A stretch of DNA of 63,135 bases, filler included, from Sandaracinaceae bacterium (GCA_947483975.1; 3 parts of 3 records of this genome joined end to end with filler, not necessarily neighbours in it), one strand, 5' to 3'; positions 52,301 to 63,126 are shown, numbered from the whole stretch's first letter. Numbers and translations are program-made. Notes: generated by a model from the letters alone, not told the origin.

Positions 52301-53891
52301 GCTGACGGGCTCGGTCGTCGTCGACAACCTCTTCACGACGCAGCCGGTCGCGCGCGTCCTGCTCGACGTCAGCGAGCTGCGCGTCAACGAGAGCGCGCCC
52401 GCCGACGCGGAGCTCGTCGTCAACGCGTCGACGCGCAGCATCGTCGGCGACCTCACGATGGACTACCTCTCGGGCGACGCGCACGCGGCCCTGCAGGCGA
52501 CGATGGAGTCCTCGTGGGGCCCGACGGAGCCCCTGCCGAGCGTGACCGAGGACGCGCGCTTTCTGCTGCTCGCCGAGCTTCAGAACGCCAACCTCGCGCC
52601 GCTGCTGGCCGCGATCCCGGGCATCTCGGGCGCGGAGATCACCGCGGACGGCACGGTGCAGGCGCAGGGCACGCGCGACGCGCTCACCTGGAGCGGCGCG
52701 CTCGATCTCCTCGATGGGCGCCTGCAGCTCGACGGTCCGGGGCAGCGCCTCGAGGAGGTCGAGGGCCGCATCATCTTCCGAGAGAATCGAGCCGAGCTTC
52801 AGCGCCTGCACGCCCGCGACGTCGACGGCGAGATCGAGGCGCGCGGGCAGATCGACTTCCGCGGCGTCGTCCCGCAGCGCGCGAGCATCGACGTGCTCGC
52901 GCACGAGCTCCCCGTGCGCCGCGAAGGGCTCGTCCTCGCCGCGCTGACCGGCGAGGCGAACCTCAACGCGCGCGTGCTCGCCGACCGCACCGACCTGCGC
53001 GTCACGGTGAGCTCCCTCGAGGTCGCGCTCCCCGACGAGCTCGCGCAGAACCTGCAAAACCTGGACGATCATCCTGACATCGTCGTGCTCGGCGAAGAGC
53101 GAGCCGCCGCTCAAGACGCCGCCCTCTCCTATCCTTTCCACGTCACCGTGGACGCGCGTCGCCCGTTCTGGGTGCGGCGCTCGGACTTCGCCGCGCAGGT
53201 GCGGGCGGAGCTCGACGTGCGCTATCAGTCGCCGGAGCTGCGCATCGCGGGCTACATCGATCTGCGGCGCGGCTTCTTCGAGATCTTCGGCAAGCGCTTC
53301 GCGCTGCAGCCGGGGCGCATGGACTTCGACGGCAGCGACACGCTCGATCCGGCGCTCGACATCACGGCCGTCTACGCGCTCAACGCCGCGCGCACCAAGA
53401 CGATCACGGTGACCGTCAGCGGGCGGCTCTCGCGGCCGCAGATCGACTTCTCGTCGACGGAGTCCACGGACCGCGGCGAGATCATCGCGCTCCTCGTCAC
53501 GGGCCGCTCCTCGGTCACCACGGGCTCGACGGATCAGAACCTGCGCTCGGCCGATCAGCAGGCGACGTCGTTCGTCACCGGCGTGCTCGGCGGCATCCTG
53601 ACGCTCGGGCTGCGCAACGAGTTCGGCGAGTTCCTGCCGACCATCTCGCTCGACTCGACCGACGCGGGCACGCGGCTGCGGGCGGGCCTCCAAGTGGACT
53701 CGTTCATCCGCGACAACCTCGGCTTCTTGAGCAACGTGATCGAGGGCGCGTACGTCGAGGGCTTCGTCGAGGGCGGCGTCGCGACGCGCGGCGGCTTCCT
53801 GCTCGAGTTGCAGTTCCCGTACAACCTCGTGAGTCGGACGACGTACACTCCGCCGATCAATTTCGGACTCGACCTCACCTGGGAGCCCTAG
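49320..53891 (+). CDS. tamB: Translocation/assembly module TamB (DUF490)
   Basis: N-terminal anchor, long beta-taco-like body, C-terminal FGKRF...DPALDITA...VSGRLSRP...[14 protein letters not shown] coupling. Confidence 0.85.
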   Translation: MWKAGARIVGWTSLGALALAASLVAHTRTGLFLRAARDTTNTLVSDALAGDLTIGRIERLDLERVVVRHVVIHDPAGRRVIVADRVEAVPNVRALLRGVVALDRVRVRGGAVRLITTPQDAIPSLASAFYSATPSTGPAGATPTVRLRDLAVEDLLAYGDEPGVKNLRVEHLYARGSLTLEHDALALRLRDVRGHVVSPYRPSVDLTGGYGLITNDPHRTVELHADLTSRPTTPREPDRARARVRVFLPAGEPTTSPQHVEVLVHADPVSPELISSVGVPGLDALRVPFVRGWASLSGPPDELRVLASLTSDAGDVTAQGVIRPGTRVEMSAQTPGLALDALLHAGPPLRVGGRARLTVALAPDDLTAPTFHAELEPFLFDRWAVPALTADGAIEPERVRLDRLDMPDAGGSVEGSGLVYFDGALDVHARAHIPQVARDPNVRRVMPGARASLDADLHAVVTAGPDPRVDVRGQLALGGVRAGPVQAGRLRVSGRMSGDPRRPQVNASATAQALSVSGYTLGDGTATVRGGPASYDTRVHFADGARRIEVDAAVGHRGATWQVDAQRVELAVGDAAWRGQVLGLRLTPGRSVEVENLRLASGSQRLEAHGRYGLDRVGGRTFDAELQGLDVGAFSPFVAQLAGYSGLVDAHITMAGDRDRPNVSVEGAVREGGAFGLRGIEAVYVLRYDVGALELDTEVTVGEHGTFAVNVLGLLDPTRPDVVEALHEAQYEARLDLARLDLDFLHEVLGSRAPDLDGSATGSVSFRGSLDAPQLDGAVRFDDLVYAGQPPMNAAFAAMYDGTQLSMNVDVAVGGGPLLHAESRGSLPLHALLDERYDPLTALRSEPWQLHVRVPTRRLDRLPPPWSDRTASLPVSVGGELFLEGGGAEGTHGDLHASGTWAPDDTALACARDAQPRYTVTATLGGGTASATVRGFVDPVDYFVEARATAPLPVDAWLAAGALPSALPPVHLDATLPGVELGGVPYVCRTTTGALTGSVVVDNLFTTQPVARVLLDVSELRVNESAPADAELVVNASTRSIVGDLTMDYLSGDAHAALQATMESSWGPTEPLPSVTEDARFLLLAELQNANLAPLLAAIPGISGAEITADGTVQAQGTRDALTWSGALDLLDGRLQLDGPGQRLEEVEGRIIFRENRAELQRLHARDVDGEIEARGQIDFRGVVPQRASIDVLAHELPVRREGLVLAALTGEANLNARVLADRTDLRVTVSSLEVALPDELAQNLQNLDDHPDIVVLGEERAAAQDAALSYPFHVTVDARRPFWVRRSDFAAQVRAELDVRYQSPELRIAGYIDLRRGFFEIFGKRFALQPGRMDFDGSDTLDPALDITAVYALNAARTKTITVTVSGRLSRPQIDFSSTESTDRGEIIALLVTGRSSVTTGSTDQNLRSADQQATSFVTGVLGGILTLGLRNEFGEFLPTISLDSTDAGTRLRAGLQVDSFIRDNLGFLSNVIEGAYVEGFVEGGVATRGGFLLELQFPYNLVSRTTYTPPINFGLDLTWEP

Positions 53892-53931
53892 CCGTGAACG
53901 GTCGATGCCCTCTCCCACACCAACGGACACG

Positions 53932-55308
53932 ATGACCAGGAAGCTCTTCGGGACGGACGGCATTCGCGGGCTCGCCAACGCGGGCGCGATGACACCCGAG
54001 ACCGCGTTTCGCCTCGGCGCGGCGATCACCTATCAAGCCAAGCGCCGCGTCAAGCGCCCGCCGCGCGTCATCATCGGCAAGGACACGCGCGTCTCCGGCT
54101 ACATGATCGAGACCGCGCTCGCCTCGGGCATCTGCGCGCTCGGCGGCCGAGTGCTGCTCTCGGGACCGCTGCCGACCCCGGCCATCGCGCACATCACGCA
54201 GAGCATGCGCGCCGACGCGGGCGTCGTCGTCAGCGCCTCGCACAACGCCTTCGAGGACAACGGCATCAAGGTCTTCGGCGCGGACGGCTTCAAGCTGCCC
54301 GACGAGGTCGAGGCGGAGCTCGAGCGCTTGATGGCGAGCGACGTCATCGACACGAAGCGCCCGACGGGGATCCACGTCGGGCGCGCCGAGCGCCTCGACG
54401 ACGCCTGGGGTCGCTACGTCTCGTTCGTGAAGGGCACGTTCCCCCAGAACCTGACGCTCGAGGGCGTGAAGATCGTCGTCGACGCGGCGCACGGCGCGGC
54501 CTATCGCGTCGCGCCCGCCGTCTTCGCCGAGCTAGGCGCCACGGTGCACGCCATCGGCGTCAAGCCCAACGGACGCAACATCAACGCGGGCTGCGGCGCG
54601 ATGCACCCCGAGCACACCGCCGCCGAGGTCAAGAAGCGCAAGGCCGACATCGGCGTCGCGCTCGACGGCGACGCGGACCGCGTCATCGTCATCGACGATC
54701 AGGGCAACGAGGTCGACGGTGACCGCGTGATGGCCCTCTGCGCGACGCGGATGCTGCGCGAGAAGCGCCTCGTGAAGAAGACGCTCGTCGCGACCGTGAT
54801 GTCGAACCTCGGGCTCGAGCTCGCGATGAAGCGCGAGGGCGGCAAGCTCGCGCGCTGCCCCGTCGGCGACCGCTACGTCGTCGAGACGATGCGCAAGCAC
54901 GGCTACAACCTCGGCGGCGAGCAGTCGGGGCACCTCGTGTTCCTCGATCACGCGACGACGGGTGATGGGCTGATCGCCGCGCTGCAGCTCCTCGCCATCG
55001 TGCTGCGCGAGGGCAAGCCGCTCTCGGAGCTCGCGCGCGAGGCGATGCAGCGCGTGCCGCAGGTGCTCGTCAACGTCTCGCTCCCCGCGCGCCGCGCGCT
55101 CGACACGATGGAGAAGGCGACGCACGCGATCCGCGGCGCCGAGAAGAAGCTCGGCGACAAGGGCCGCGTGCTCGTGCGCTGGAGCGGCACCGAGCCGAAG
55201 CTGCGCGTGATGGTCGAGGGCCCCGACGAGCGCGGGATCAAGGCGATCGCCGACGAGATCGTGGACGCCGCGCGCCGCGACCTCGCGGGCGGCGGGGCGG
55301 CGACCTGA
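53932..55308 (+). CDS. glmM: Phosphoglucosamine mutase
   Basis: [44 protein letters not shown]. Confidence 0.96.
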   Translation: MTRKLFGTDGIRGLANAGAMTPETAFRLGAAITYQAKRRVKRPPRVIIGKDTRVSGYMIETALASGICALGGRVLLSGPLPTPAIAHITQSMRADAGVVVSASHNAFEDNGIKVFGADGFKLPDEVEAELERLMASDVIDTKRPTGIHVGRAERLDDAWGRYVSFVKGTFPQNLTLEGVKIVVDAAHGAAYRVAPAVFAELGATVHAIGVKPNGRNINAGCGAMHPEHTAAEVKKRKADIGVALDGDADRVIVIDDQGNEVDGDRVMALCATRMLREKRLVKKTLVATVMSNLGLELAMKREGGKLARCPVGDRYVVETMRKHGYNLGGEQSGHLVFLDHATTGDGLIAALQLLAIVLREGKPLSELAREAMQRVPQVLVNVSLPARRALDTMEKATHAIRGAEKKLGDKGRVLVRWSGTEPKLRVMVEGPDERGIKAIADEIVDAARRDLAGGGAAT

Positions 55309-56282
55309 TGCTCGACCTCGCGCGCCTCCGGAGCATCCGTCTCCACACCAAGCCGTGGTCTCAGCGGCTGATCGCCGAGGGCTTTCTGCGGTTCGACTAT
55401 CGGCACGTCGAGCTCGTGCTCGAGGGGCTCGAGACGCTGCCGAAGACGCCGGTCATCTACGCGATGAACCACACGGACAACTACAACTACTGGCCGCTGC
55501 AGTACGCGCTGCATAAGCGCTTTGCGCGATATACGGCCGCGTGGGTCAAGGGGAAGAACTACGAGCACCCGTTCGTCGCGTGGTTCATGGCCGCGACGAA
55601 CAACATCCCGATCGCCTCTCGCGGCTATCTCCTGACGCGGGACTTCGTGCACACGATGCGCCGGCGGCCGACAGAGCCCGAGTATCGCGCGCTCCGCGAC
55701 GGGGTCGACGGTGGGCTCGCCGTCGACGCGAGCGCGGTGCCGCGCGAGATCCTCACGAAGGCGCGCGATATGTTCGGGCGGCGCTTCGAGCCGACGCGCG
55801 AGCGCTACGACGAGGCGCTCGACGCGGTGTTCGGCGAGCTGATGCGCTGCTTCGTGGACCTCAACCGCGGCGCGCTCGCGATGGGGCTCGATCTGCTCGT
55901 GTTTCCGGAGGGCACGCGCTCACTCCGGCTCTCGCGCGGACACATCGGCATCGCGCAGGTCGCGCTGCACCTCGGCGCGACCATCGTGCCCGTCGGCTGC
56001 AGCGGCTCGAATCACGTGTATCCAGGCGGCTCGCCGTCCGCGAAGCCGGGCCGCATCGTCTACCGCTTCGGCCGCCCGATGACGCCGGACGCCTTCGCGG
56101 ACCTCGCCCCGCCGCGCACCTTCGTGCCGTTCGGACGCGAGGACGAGGAGCGCTACGGCCCCGTGTTCCAGGCGGTCACCGACCGCGTGATGGACGCCCT
56201 CAACGAGCTCCTCGACCCCGAGTACCGCTACGCCGAGAGCCAGCACGGCACCGGCACAGAGGGCACGCACCGCTTTCTGTGA
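55308..56282 (+). CDS. Lysophospholipid acyltransferase (PlsC-like) family protein
   Basis: YAMNH, VFPEGTRS, IVPVG, RFGRP; TGATG-coupled to glmM. Confidence 0.8.
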   Translation: MLDLARLRSIRLHTKPWSQRLIAEGFLRFDYRHVELVLEGLETLPKTPVIYAMNHTDNYNYWPLQYALHKRFARYTAAWVKGKNYEHPFVAWFMAATNNIPIASRGYLLTRDFVHTMRRRPTEPEYRALRDGVDGGLAVDASAVPREILTKARDMFGRRFEPTRERYDEALDAVFGELMRCFVDLNRGALAMGLDLLVFPEGTRSLRLSRGHIGIAQVALHLGATIVPVGCSGSNHVYPGGSPSAKPGRIVYRFGRPMTPDAFADLAPPRTFVPFGREDEERYGPVFQAVTDRVMDALNELLDPEYRYAESQHGTGTEGTHRFL

Positions 56283-56545
56283 GCGACGGGCGCCTCGAGC
56301 GGGCCCGTGAGTCGCGCTGGCGTCGTGAGCACTTCGTCGAGCTCGAGGTCACGCAGCCCCGGCGGGAAGTCCTCGTGAGTGTCCATCCAGCTGGCACAGG
56401 CCTCCACCAGCCAGTCCGCAGAGGCCGAGTCGTGAGGGGGATAGTCCTGCAGGTGATAGGCGACGGCCTTGAGGAACTCCCGAAGCTCTCGGTCTTCGAC
56501 AAAGAGTGATTCGCCGCGGAACCTGAGCGAGCGCAGGTTTGGCAG
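56228..56545 (-). pseudogene. Startless protein-like reading frame (gene relic)
   Basis: Open frame LPNLRSLRFRGESLFVEDRELREFLKAVAYHL...WLVEACASWMDTHEDFPPGLRDLELDEVL; only CTG at the 5' end; the 3' end runs into the acyltransferase. Confidence 0.4.
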
Positions 56546-56839
56546 GGAGACTCTGTACTACCAGCAGCCGTGCGGGCCAGAGCGCCAAGCCGACCTCGAG
56601 TCGCATACGAGCGGTGTCGGCGTCGAATACTACGAGTGGCTCGTACCCCCTCGACAGCGATGAACCCTCCTGTCGAGGAGTGGCGCTGCTTCGGTCGAAC
56701 CGGCGGGACGGGGCGGACCGTGGCGGTCCTTCGATTGCCTCGCGCCGTCTACGACGGTCGGCTCGACTGCCGGTTTCCACCCCAAGGGAGCCCACGAGCA
56801 GCGCGCGCAGCCGCCACGAGGGTACGCACCCGCTGCAGA

Positions 56840-57389
56840 GCGAGACCTCGGGCGAGGTGACGGGCGCCCACGCGCGGCCGTCGAAGTGCAGGATCACGCC
56901 GCCGCCGCCCACGGCCCAGACGTCGTCGCGCGCGAAGCCCCACACGCCGTAGAGCGCGCTCCGCGTCGGAGGCAGGACGCTGCTCCACGCGCGTCCGTCG
57001 TAGTGCAGGAGCGCGATCGAGCCCGCCTCGAGAGCGTTGCCGCCGACCACCCACACATCGTCCGCCGCGCTGCCCCAGACCTCGTTCAGCCATGCAGTCG
57101 TCGGGCTCGCGACGGGACTCCACTGGAGTACCGCGCACGCCCCGAGGCTGGTGCACGTCTCCCCGCTCCCACACGAGCCACACGAGCGCCCGCAGACGGG
57201 ATCTGGGCCACAGCGCCGCGCGCCACATGCGGCGACGCACTCACCGGCATCGGTCCCCGCGTCGGTCCCGGCGTCCACCGTGGGCGTGCGCGAGGCGTCG
57301 AACGGGGCGACGTCCGTACGCGCGCCGCAGGCGGTCGAAGCGAGAACCGTCAGCGCGAGGGCGAGGGCACGGGACGCTGTGCGGTGCAT
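56840..57389 (-). pseudogene. Truncated myxobacterial-type lipoprotein with Cys-rich and VWG...DVWAVG repeats
   Basis: Lipobox STAC, CGPDPVCGRSCGSC, only two propeller-blade-like repeats before non-homologous sequence. Confidence 0.6.
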
Positions 57390-57483
57390 ACGCGGAGAGT
57401 ATCCTCGAACGCGCGCTCGGGCTGCGTTCAGTGTCGAGGCCGCGCTCGTCGAGGGCGCGCGCCGCACCTCGCCGGCGCTGCGG

Positions 57484-58824
57484 TCACGCGTGTCGGCGGG
57501 GGGACTTCCCCGTGAGCTTCGTGAAGGCGTGGTAGCCGGCCCAGCGGAGCGGCTCGGGGGGAATGTAGAGGAGCTTCTGCTGATAGAACGGCTGCGCGCG
57601 CCAGCGCTCGTCCGCGCCCACGTAGAGGTCCGTGAGCACGCGACCCGCGAGGTTCGCGAGCGTGATCCCGTGACCGCTGAACCCGACCGCGTAGTAGATG
57701 TTCCGGTGTTCCCCCATCACGCCCATCGTGCACACGCGGCTCATCGTGACCGCCACGGTGCCTGTCCAACGGTGGGCGATGCGGACGCTCTTGGCCTTGG
57801 GGAAGTACTCCAAGAAGCGCGCGTGTACAGCCGCGTAGCCCTTGTCCGCAGGGCGGTCGAAGCGCGTGCGGCTGCCGTAGACGTAGTCGTACGCGGCGTT
57901 GCTGCCACCGCCGAAGACGAGCTCGCCGTCCTTCGTCAGCGACGCGTAGGCCACGCGATCGAGGTCGTCGCTGAAGCCAGCACCCTGACGCCAGCCGAGC
58001 TCGCTCCAGGTCGCCTCATCGAGCGGCTCGGTCGCGATCGCGTGCGAGTGCAGCGGGACGATGCCGCGCTTGAAGTAGCCGAGGCGCGGCGTGTACGCGT
58101 TCGTCGCGAGCACGACGGCGCCCGCGCGCACCGTGCCGTGCGGCGTGCGCAGCGTGATGGTCTTGCCCTCTTCGACGCCGAGCACCGGCGTGTTCTCGCA
58201 GATCCGCACCCCACGCCCGAGGAGCAACGGCAGCTGAGCGCGAATGAACGCCACTCCGTCGATCTGCCCGGCCGTCGGATCGTGGATCGCGCCGCACGCC
58301 CCCTGCAGCTGCAGGTGCTCGCGCAGCTCCGACGCACTCAAGAAGCGCAGCGGCACGCCCGCCTTGCTCAGCCGCTCGACGTCCCTCGCGCCCTGCTCCG
58401 CGCGCGCCGGATCCGTGAAGATCTCGTTCGTCCCATCCCGACGGAAGCGCACCGGAAGCGCGTTGTCCCGGATGATCCGCTCGACGATGTCGATGCCCTC
58501 GCGCGTCGCGTCGTAGACGAGCTTGGCGCGCTCCGTGTCGGTGGTCTCGACGCCGTTGACCCAGTTCAGCATCAGCCCGCCGTTGCGCCCGCTCGCGCCG
58601 TTCGCGAGCACCTTCGCCTCGAGCAACACCACGCTCTTGTGAGGAAGGAGCTCCGAGAGGTGCCACGCGGTCGAGACTCCCGTGAAGCCTCCGCCGATGA
58701 TCGCCACGTCGCACACGAGGTCGCCTTCGAGCTTCGGCTGCGGCTCGTACGGAGGCTTGCCCGCCGCCCAGACCGAGCGGTTCTCGTCGATCTCGTCGAG
58801 GAGCGTCGCTGCCTCAGTGCTCAT
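57484..58824 (-). CDS. FAD-dependent amine oxidoreductase (PuuB/DadA family)
   Basis: IIGGGFTG, GASGRNGG, LATNAY, GFSGHG; AGGAG RBS before ATG 58824. Confidence 0.88.
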   Translation of the reverse strand: MSTEAATLLDEIDENRSVWAAGKPPYEPQPKLEGDLVCDVAIIGGGFTGVSTAWHLSELLPHKSVVLLEAKVLANGASGRNGGLMLNWVNGVETTDTERAKLVYDATREGIDIVERIIRDNALPVRFRRDGTNEIFTDPARAEQGARDVERLSKAGVPLRFLSASELREHLQLQGACGAIHDPTAGQIDGVAFIRAQLPLLLGRGVRICENTPVLGVEEGKTITLRTPHGTVRAGAVVLATNAYTPRLGYFKRGIVPLHSHAIATEPLDEATWSELGWRQGAGFSDDLDRVAYASLTKDGELVFGGGSNAAYDYVYGSRTRFDRPADKGYAAVHARFLEYFPKAKSVRIAHRWTGTVAVTMSRVCTMGVMGEHRNIYYAVGFSGHGITLANLAGRVLTDLYVGADERWRAQPFYQQKLLYIPPEPLRWAGYHAFTKLTGKSPRRHA

Positions 58825-58895
58825 GTTGCCAGTCTCCTTTACAGAAGCCCAAGCCCTCGGGCAAGGTGGCACTTTCGCCCGACGGCGCGGCGCGA

Positions 58896-60170
58896 ATGAG
58901 GTCTGACGTGCCGGCTACGAAACGCGTTCGCCTGTGTCTCAAAGACCTCTATCACCAAGACGTGGTCGAGATGGTCGAGCGCGAGACGCGCAAGTACGAG
59001 CTTTGGCTCGTCGACGACCCAGATCACCCCGACTTCAAGGCAGCCTTCGAGCTCCTCTGGGGTGCGTTCGGCGCGAGCGGTGAGCTGGAGCGGGAAGAGA
59101 CCCTCCGGCAATTCATCCTCGACGACAATCACCAGCCGATCCCGTCGGGCACCTACTTCCGTTACTTCCTCATCGTCGCGAAGGACAAGGACGGCAACGT
59201 GCGCGGCGCGCGCGACGGCTCGGTCCTCATCAACCCCTCGTACGCCGCCGATCTGTGCGTCGTCTATCTCTCGCACATCGTCATGGTCCCCGAGGCGCGC
59301 GGGACCGTCCTCTCGTACTGGCTGCGCATCGCGCCGATCGAGATCGCGATGCAGTACCTCGCGGACCTCCACGCGCTCGGCAAGGTGACGGTCCCGCTCC
59401 CCGACCAGCCCGGAAAGTACTTCGGGATGCGCATGAACCTGACGGCGGAGATGGAGTACTGGACGCCGGACGAGCGCATCTCCCTCCAGCGCATTCTCTT
59501 TTACGGGCGCGGCGGCTTCGACGCCATCAACCCGCGCCACTTCCCCTACCGACAGCCCGACTTTCGCGACCCGGAGCTGATCCGCGACACGGGCTTCCGG
59601 CCAATCCCATTCATGATCCTGCTGCGGCGCATGGGCCGCGAGCGGCAGGCCACGCTGCCGATCGACGAGGCGCGTGCAGTGATGAAGCTGCTCTACGATG
59701 AGTTCGCGTGTCACTGCCCCGTCGAGATGCTCGAGAACAGCCTCCAGATCGTGCTCGACCGGCTCGAGGAGCGCGCGAAGACGAAGTCCTTCGTCGACCT
59801 CTTACCCCTGCCGACGGGTTCGAAGGACCTCGGCCGCCTGAAGCGCCTCTTCCGTCATTCCGTTTACAAGGCCTATTACCGCGACGATCCCCAGACGACG
59901 GAGTACCTCGAGGGGGAGATCAAGCAGCGCCTCAAGGACAACCCCAACTACGTCGACGCGGAGATCGCCAGGATCGCGGCAGACCTCGAGTCGCGCCCTG
60001 CGTACGTCTACGCGAGCCGCGCGCGCGAGGTTACGTGGGAAGGCTTGTCGGCAGACGAGCCAACCGCCGCGCCGCTCGATCCCTCGGAGAGCGGTGACCA
60101 CTCGAGCATCGTGCCGTCCGAACAGGACGAGCCGAAGCACGCTATGTCCCCGCGCCGCTCGGGTCCTTGA
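58896..60170 (+). CDS. Hypothetical protein, divergent GNAT-like
   Basis: Strong codon bias; VYLSHIVMVPEARG and RILFYGRGGF resemble GNAT motifs A and B; start uncertain. Confidence 0.6.
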   Translation: MRSDVPATKRVRLCLKDLYHQDVVEMVERETRKYELWLVDDPDHPDFKAAFELLWGAFGASGELEREETLRQFILDDNHQPIPSGTYFRYFLIVAKDKDGNVRGARDGSVLINPSYAADLCVVYLSHIVMVPEARGTVLSYWLRIAPIEIAMQYLADLHALGKVTVPLPDQPGKYFGMRMNLTAEMEYWTPDERISLQRILFYGRGGFDAINPRHFPYRQPDFRDPELIRDTGFRPIPFMILLRRMGRERQATLPIDEARAVMKLLYDEFACHCPVEMLENSLQIVLDRLEERAKTKSFVDLLPLPTGSKDLGRLKRLFRHSVYKAYYRDDPQTTEYLEGEIKQRLKDNPNYVDAEIARIAADLESRPAYVYASRAREVTWEGLSADEPTAAPLDPSESGDHSSIVPSEQDEPKHAMSPRRSGP

Positions 60171-61632
60171 GGTACCAGCCCCACGGCTGAGTCGAGGTGT
60201 AGGTCGTCAGTTGTTTGGTCTCGAGGTAGTTGTCCAGGCCCCACTGACCGAGCTCACGACCAATACCGCTCTTCTTGGTGCCGCCCCACGGCGCCTGCGT
60301 GAAGGTCGGTTGCGAGCAGTTGAGCCAGACGATGCCCGCGTCCATCTGGCGCGCGATCCGCTCGGCACGCTCCGAGTCCGCCGACATCACCGCCGCAGCC
60401 AAGCCAAAGGGGCTGTCGTTCGCGAGGGCGATCGCCTCCTCTTCCGTCCGAAAGGTCCGCACGCAGAGCACGGGCCCGAAGATCTCTTCTGTCCAAGCCG
60501 ACGACGTGACCGGCACATCGGTCAGCACCGTCGGCTCGTAGAAGTAACCGCGCTCGAGCTCGGGCGGCCGCTTGCCGCCGCAAAGCAGACGGGCGCCGTC
60601 GGCGAGCGCCGACTGAACGCGGCGCGCGACCTGTCGATGTTGTGCCTCGCTGACGAGCGGGCCGAGCAGCGTCCCCGGCGTGAGGCCATCACCGATCACG
60701 ATTCGTCGTGACTCGTGCGCGAGGCGCTCGAGGAGGGCGGGGGCGAGGCGCTCGTCGACGATCAGCCGAGACGTCGCGCTGCACACCTGCCCTTGATTCC
60801 AATAGATACCGAACATGATCCACTCGACGGTGGCGTCCAGAGGCGCGTCTGCACACACGATCATCGGAGACTTCCCCCCGAGCTCGAGACTCACACACTT
60901 GACGTCCGCCGCGCAGGCCGACATCACCTTGACGCCGACCGGACCGCTGCCGGTAAAGGCCACTTTGCGGACGTCTGGATGCCGCGCGAGCGGCTCGCCT
61001 GCGCCTCGGCCGGTGCCGGTCAAGACGTTCAACACCCCCCGCGGCAGGCCGATCTCATGGGTGATGGCGGCAAGCTCGAGGGCGGTCACCGGAGTGACCT
61101 CGGACGGCTTCAGGACCATCGTCGCCCCAGCGGCGAGCGCCGGCGCGACCTTCCACGCGGCCATCAGGAGCGGGTAGTTCCACGGGGTGATCAGGCCGGC
61201 GACCCCGACCGGCGCATACCGGACTCGGCACGTGAAGCGACCATCCGGGAGCGGCAGCGCGGTGTCCTGCCGGCCGTCGAGCTCCTCCGCGAGCTCGGCG
61301 TAATACTCGAAGCAACCCACCGCGTCGTCGACGTCCCACAGCGCCTCGGGGAGCGGCTTGCCGTTGTCGAGCACCTCGAGCGTCGCGAGCTCCTCCCTCC
61401 GCTCGCGCAGCCTCCGCGCGATGGCGCGAAGATGAGGAGCCCTCTCGGCACCGCTCGTCCTGCCCCAGGTGTGGAAGGCGCGGGCGGCGGCCCGAACCGC
61501 GTCGTCGACGTCCTCCGGGCCCGCCGCAGCGACGGTGTGAAACACCTCCTCAGTCGACGGATTGACGACTGGCAACGTCTCGCCGCCGCGCGCATCACGC
61601 CACTCGCCATCGAGGTAGAGCTTGTCGCGCAC
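60142..61632 (-). CDS. Aldehyde dehydrogenase (betaine/aminoaldehyde type)
   Basis: PWNYP, LKPSE, FTGS, LELGGKSP, GQVCSATSR, EEIFGPV, PWGG.KKSG.GRELG. Confidence 0.93.
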   Translation of the reverse strand: MRDKLYLDGEWRDARGGETLPVVNPSTEEVFHTVAAAGPEDVDDAVRAAARAFHTWGRTSGAERAPHLRAIARRLRERREELATLEVLDNGKPLPEALWDVDDAVGCFEYYAELAEELDGRQDTALPLPDGRFTCRVRYAPVGVAGLITPWNYPLLMAAWKVAPALAAGATMVLKPSEVTPVTALELAAITHEIGLPRGVLNVLTGTGRGAGEPLARHPDVRKVAFTGSGPVGVKVMSACAADVKCVSLELGGKSPMIVCADAPLDATVEWIMFGIYWNQGQVCSATSRLIVDERLAPALLERLAHESRRIVIGDGLTPGTLLGPLVSEAQHRQVARRVQSALADGARLLCGGKRPPELERGYFYEPTVLTDVPVTSSAWTEEIFGPVLCVRTFRTEEEAIALANDSPFGLAAAVMSADSERAERIARQMDAGIVWLNCSQPTFTQAPWGGTKKSGIGRELGQWGLDNYLETKQLTTYTSTQPWGWYLKDPSGAGT

Positions 61633-61760
61633 TACTGACCTCCGCCGCAGTCGCCAGTGCAGGTGAGCTGCGTGCCGTCGCCTACGACACCGCCGTCACC
61701 ACAGGCTCCGCGGAGGAGCGCGGCGCCGATCGTCACCGAGCAGACCCTGGGTGTTCGCAT
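61632..61760 (-). CDS. Possible 42-aa lipoprotein-like peptide
   Basis: MRTPRVCSVTIGAALLRGACGDGGVVGDGTQLTCTGDCGGGQ*; its TAG shares a base with the ALDH GTG. Confidence 0.3.
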   Translation of the reverse strand: MRTPRVCSVTIGAALLRGACGDGGVVGDGTQLTCTGDCGGGQ

Positions 61761-61813
61761 GCCCAAGCGTAGCCGATCGGTCTGCGCAGGAGCTTCTGCG
61801 AAACAGAGAGGGC

Positions 61814-61844
61814 TTGACCAAATAACTAACCGCGTGGTTAGTTA
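61814..61844 (+). promoter_or_regulatory. Putative TetR operator next to a -35 hexamer
   Basis: TTGACC (61814-61819) followed by the perfect palindrome TAACTAACC-GCGT-GGTTAGTTA (61823-61844). Confidence 0.7.
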
Positions 61845-61906
61845 CGACCTGGGACGGCCGCGTGCTTCGCGGCCCCAACGCCCGCACCCCACCCCAAGGA
61901 CTCACC

Positions 61907-62404
61907 ATGCTCACGTTCGACGCGGGACTGTCATATGCCCTGTATGCCTTTGCCCTCAGCTACCTGCTGATGTTCGGGGCGTTCTTTCTCAACAACGACT
62001 GGGCGCTTCGTTTTCTATTCCGATACCCGCTCCGGCCGCTGCTCGCGCAGAGCCCCTCGGCTGACCTGATCCGTTGGGCGGGCATCGGGATGATCTTCCA
62101 CCGGATGGAAGCCAGCTTTGGCCTCGGCCTCGGCGTCTTCGTCGCCGTGATGACCCGCGCTTGCGCGGGGAACTTGGGGCAGCTCAGCGCGGTGTCGGCG
62201 TGCGTGGCAGCGCACGCAGTGTTCGTGGCCCTCAACCACACGCTCAATCATGCGGGCCGCGCAGAATTCTGCCCGCAGAGCGTGCTTCCCGCGGAGGTGC
62301 GCCGTACGGTGGGAGTGCTCCGCTTCGCAGGGTGGGGAATGGCCTTTCTTTACGGCGCTCTCGCGGTGTTCGGGGCGATGCGCGCCGGGGCCGTCGGGGG
62401 GTAA
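61907..62404 (+). CDS. Four-TM hypothetical membrane protein
   Basis: AAGGA RBS; four hydrophobic segments. Confidence 0.65.
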   Translation: MLTFDAGLSYALYAFALSYLLMFGAFFLNNDWALRFLFRYPLRPLLAQSPSADLIRWAGIGMIFHRMEASFGLGLGVFVAVMTRACAGNLGQLSAVSACVAAHAVFVALNHTLNHAGRAEFCPQSVLPAEVRRTVGVLRFAGWGMAFLYGALAVFGAMRAGAVGG

Positions 62405-62493
62405 ACGTTCCCGTCGCGACGTCGTGCAGAGAAGCTCTCAGTCGGCGTCGCCGTATTCCCCGCTCACTGACTCTCCCTCCTCGGAGTGAACAA

Positions 62494-63126
62494 ATGGGCC
62501 GAAAAAAAGGCTACACCCGAGCCGGGCTGATCGAAGCTGCGACAGCCCTGTTCCACGCGCACGGCTTTGAAGGTACGTCCACCGACATGCTGGTGCAGCA
62601 GCTGGGCGTCAACCGCAACAGTCTGTTCTCGGAGTTCGGCACCAAGCGCGCTCTCTTCGACGCAGTGGTGGAGCGCTACAACGATGACGTGGTGACGAGC
62701 ATGGTTGGCGCGCTCGAGCGCGACGACGCTTGCCTCGAGGCGATTGGGCAGCTCTTTGCCGCGTTCGGCGCCGACTCCACAGGACGATTCGCTGGCATGG
62801 GCTGCCTGATGTGCAACACGGCCATCGAGTTGGGCGCGGAGACGCCCGACGGCAACGCCCTCGTCCTCCGGTACTTCGAGCGGTTGAACCGCGCCTTCGC
62901 CCACGTTCTGGGCAACGCCCAGCGCGCCGGGGAGCTCGCTCCGGGGCTCGATGTCGAGGCCGAGGCAGGGATGCTGTGCGCCACCGCCCTGGGACTCTTC
63001 GTGATGGCCCGGGCGCGGGCGCCAGCGGCCATGGTGCAGGCGGCAGTGAGCACCACGACTCGTCATATCGAGCTCCTCCGCGCACCGCGTCCGCCGCGCC
63101 GCGCCGCCCGTGGTGCCAAGAGGTGA
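62494..63126 (+). CDS. TetR/AcrR-family transcriptional regulator
   Basis: LFHAHGFEGTS..LV..LGVNRNSLFSEFGTKRALF HTH; GCLMCNTAIE. Confidence 0.92.
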   Translation: MGRKKGYTRAGLIEAATALFHAHGFEGTSTDMLVQQLGVNRNSLFSEFGTKRALFDAVVERYNDDVVTSMVGALERDDACLEAIGQLFAAFGADSTGRFAGMGCLMCNTAIELGAETPDGNALVLRYFERLNRAFAHVLGNAQRAGELAPGLDVEAEAGMLCATALGLFVMARARAPAAMVQAAVSTTTRHIELLRAPRPPRRAARGAKR

